DNA of 64,000 nucleotides from Hydrolagus colliei (lineage: Eukaryota), in assembly GCA_035084275.1 (NCBI GenBank), contig CM068764.1:7812001-7876000 (forward strand), written 5' to 3'. Positions 62,866 to 64,000 of this stretch are shown here, piece after piece. The position numbers and the translations under genes are program-made. Under the pieces are notes generated by a model. It was not told the origin of the DNA, did not search any database, and worked only from the letters and a program-made list of their open reading frames with translations. The number at the start of each line of letters is the position of its first letter. Position 1 is the first letter of the stretch.

Positions 62866-63172
62866 AATAATAATAACAATAATCCTTGCATTTGACATAG
62901 CATCTTTCACATCATATCGACGTCTCAAAGCGCTTCACAGAATATACTGTAAAGTGAATTGATTGTATATTTGTGGGAGAAACCCAGCAGCCAATTATGC
63001 AGAGCAGTGTCCCACACAAACAGTCATGGATTGAAATGACCAATTTTTATTATTGTGTGTTTTTTGGAAGGATTATTATTATTATTAGATGTGTGTGTGT
63101 GGGTATGTGCGTGTGTGTGTGTGTAGAGTAAGGAAACTTGCCCAAGGTTTCGCCGTGACCTGCCCGGATTCG
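62866..63172 (-). mobile_element. Main tRNA-SINE, truncated at B box
   Basis: Family match. Confidence 0.9.
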
Positions 63173-63660
63173 ATGGGAGGTGGGGGGACGAAATGGGTAT
63201 ACTGTACTGAATTCACTCTTAAACTCTCTTGTTAAAAGTTGCAATCGGATGTGATGTGCATCGTCAACGAGCCCGGGCGCTCTGTGCTGTGCTGCAGTTG
63301 GAACATGTGACTGCCGTTAATGGAACGTAAAATAAGGCTTAACGCCAAGGCACGACACAGACTGCAATCGCAGCAAGAAAAGTGTGACCTCAGCCCCTGG
63401 ACGCTCTCAAAGTCACCGGGAAGAATTTTGACACAGTTACTGCTGACTTGGGCCTTTCGGTTATCGGCGTCCTTTCAGGACCTGTCAGCTGTGTACACTG
63501 GGACCCGCAAGCCTTGTAGAGGTGGAACAGATGCGCAAGCTCGTTACAGGTTCAGCATCCGACCACCACCAAGCGTGACTCGGAAGAGCGCGCGGTTTGA
63601 CGTGACTGGAATTTGGCATTCACCCTTGATTGACCCGATCCCGGGTTCATTTGCTCATCG

Positions 63661-63998
63661 GCCATGCAGCTCAGTGGTTAGAGCCACTCGCCTTACAAGC
63701 GTGAGACCTGTGTTTGAATCCGGGCAGGTCAGGGAGAAACTGTGGGCAAGCTTCTTTACTCCACACACACACGCGCGCGCGCCTAATAATAATCCGTCAA
63801 CAAAAAAAACACAATACAGTAATAATAAAATTGGTCTTTTTAATCCATGACTGTTTGTGGGGACATCACTGTGCGCAATCGGCTGCCGTGTTTTGCTCAC
63901 AAATATACAGTCAATTCACTTTACAGTATATTCTGTGAAGCGTTTTGAGACGTCGGTAAGATATAAAAAGAGCTATATCAAATGCAAGGATTATTATT
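63661..63998 (+). mobile_element. Main tRNA-SINE, full length
   Basis: Family match. Confidence 0.92.
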
Positions 63999-64000
63999 GT

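Overview
Vertebrate nuclear genomic DNA; the repeat content suggests a cartilaginous fish, probably a chimaera/elephant-shark-like genome (inference). Only one protein-coding piece is supportable: the first coding exon of SRRM3 (cwf21 domain; exon 14122-13840 on the minus strand, ATG at 14087, clean splice signals). I could not find the next coding exon in the window, so 1-13839 is probably intron. About 47 kb upstream shows no recognisable gene. The window is dominated by roughly 40 full or partial copies of a ~320-bp tRNA(Val)-headed SINE with a LINE2-type tail. It also holds L2 and CR1 LINE remnants, an old Deu-domain SINE, shark-type palindromic (Penelope-associated) remnants, a TA-flanked Tigger/pogo-like MITE and microsatellites. 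Nearly all supplied ORFs are translations of repeats or noise. The most notable non-repeat signal is a co-oriented REST/NRSF RE1 cluster about 1.15-1.4 kb upstream of the SRRM3 coding exon, whose TTCAGCACC cores recur at an exact 62-bp period. Repeat boundaries were read by eye and are approximate; family names come from remembered consensus motifs, not a database search.
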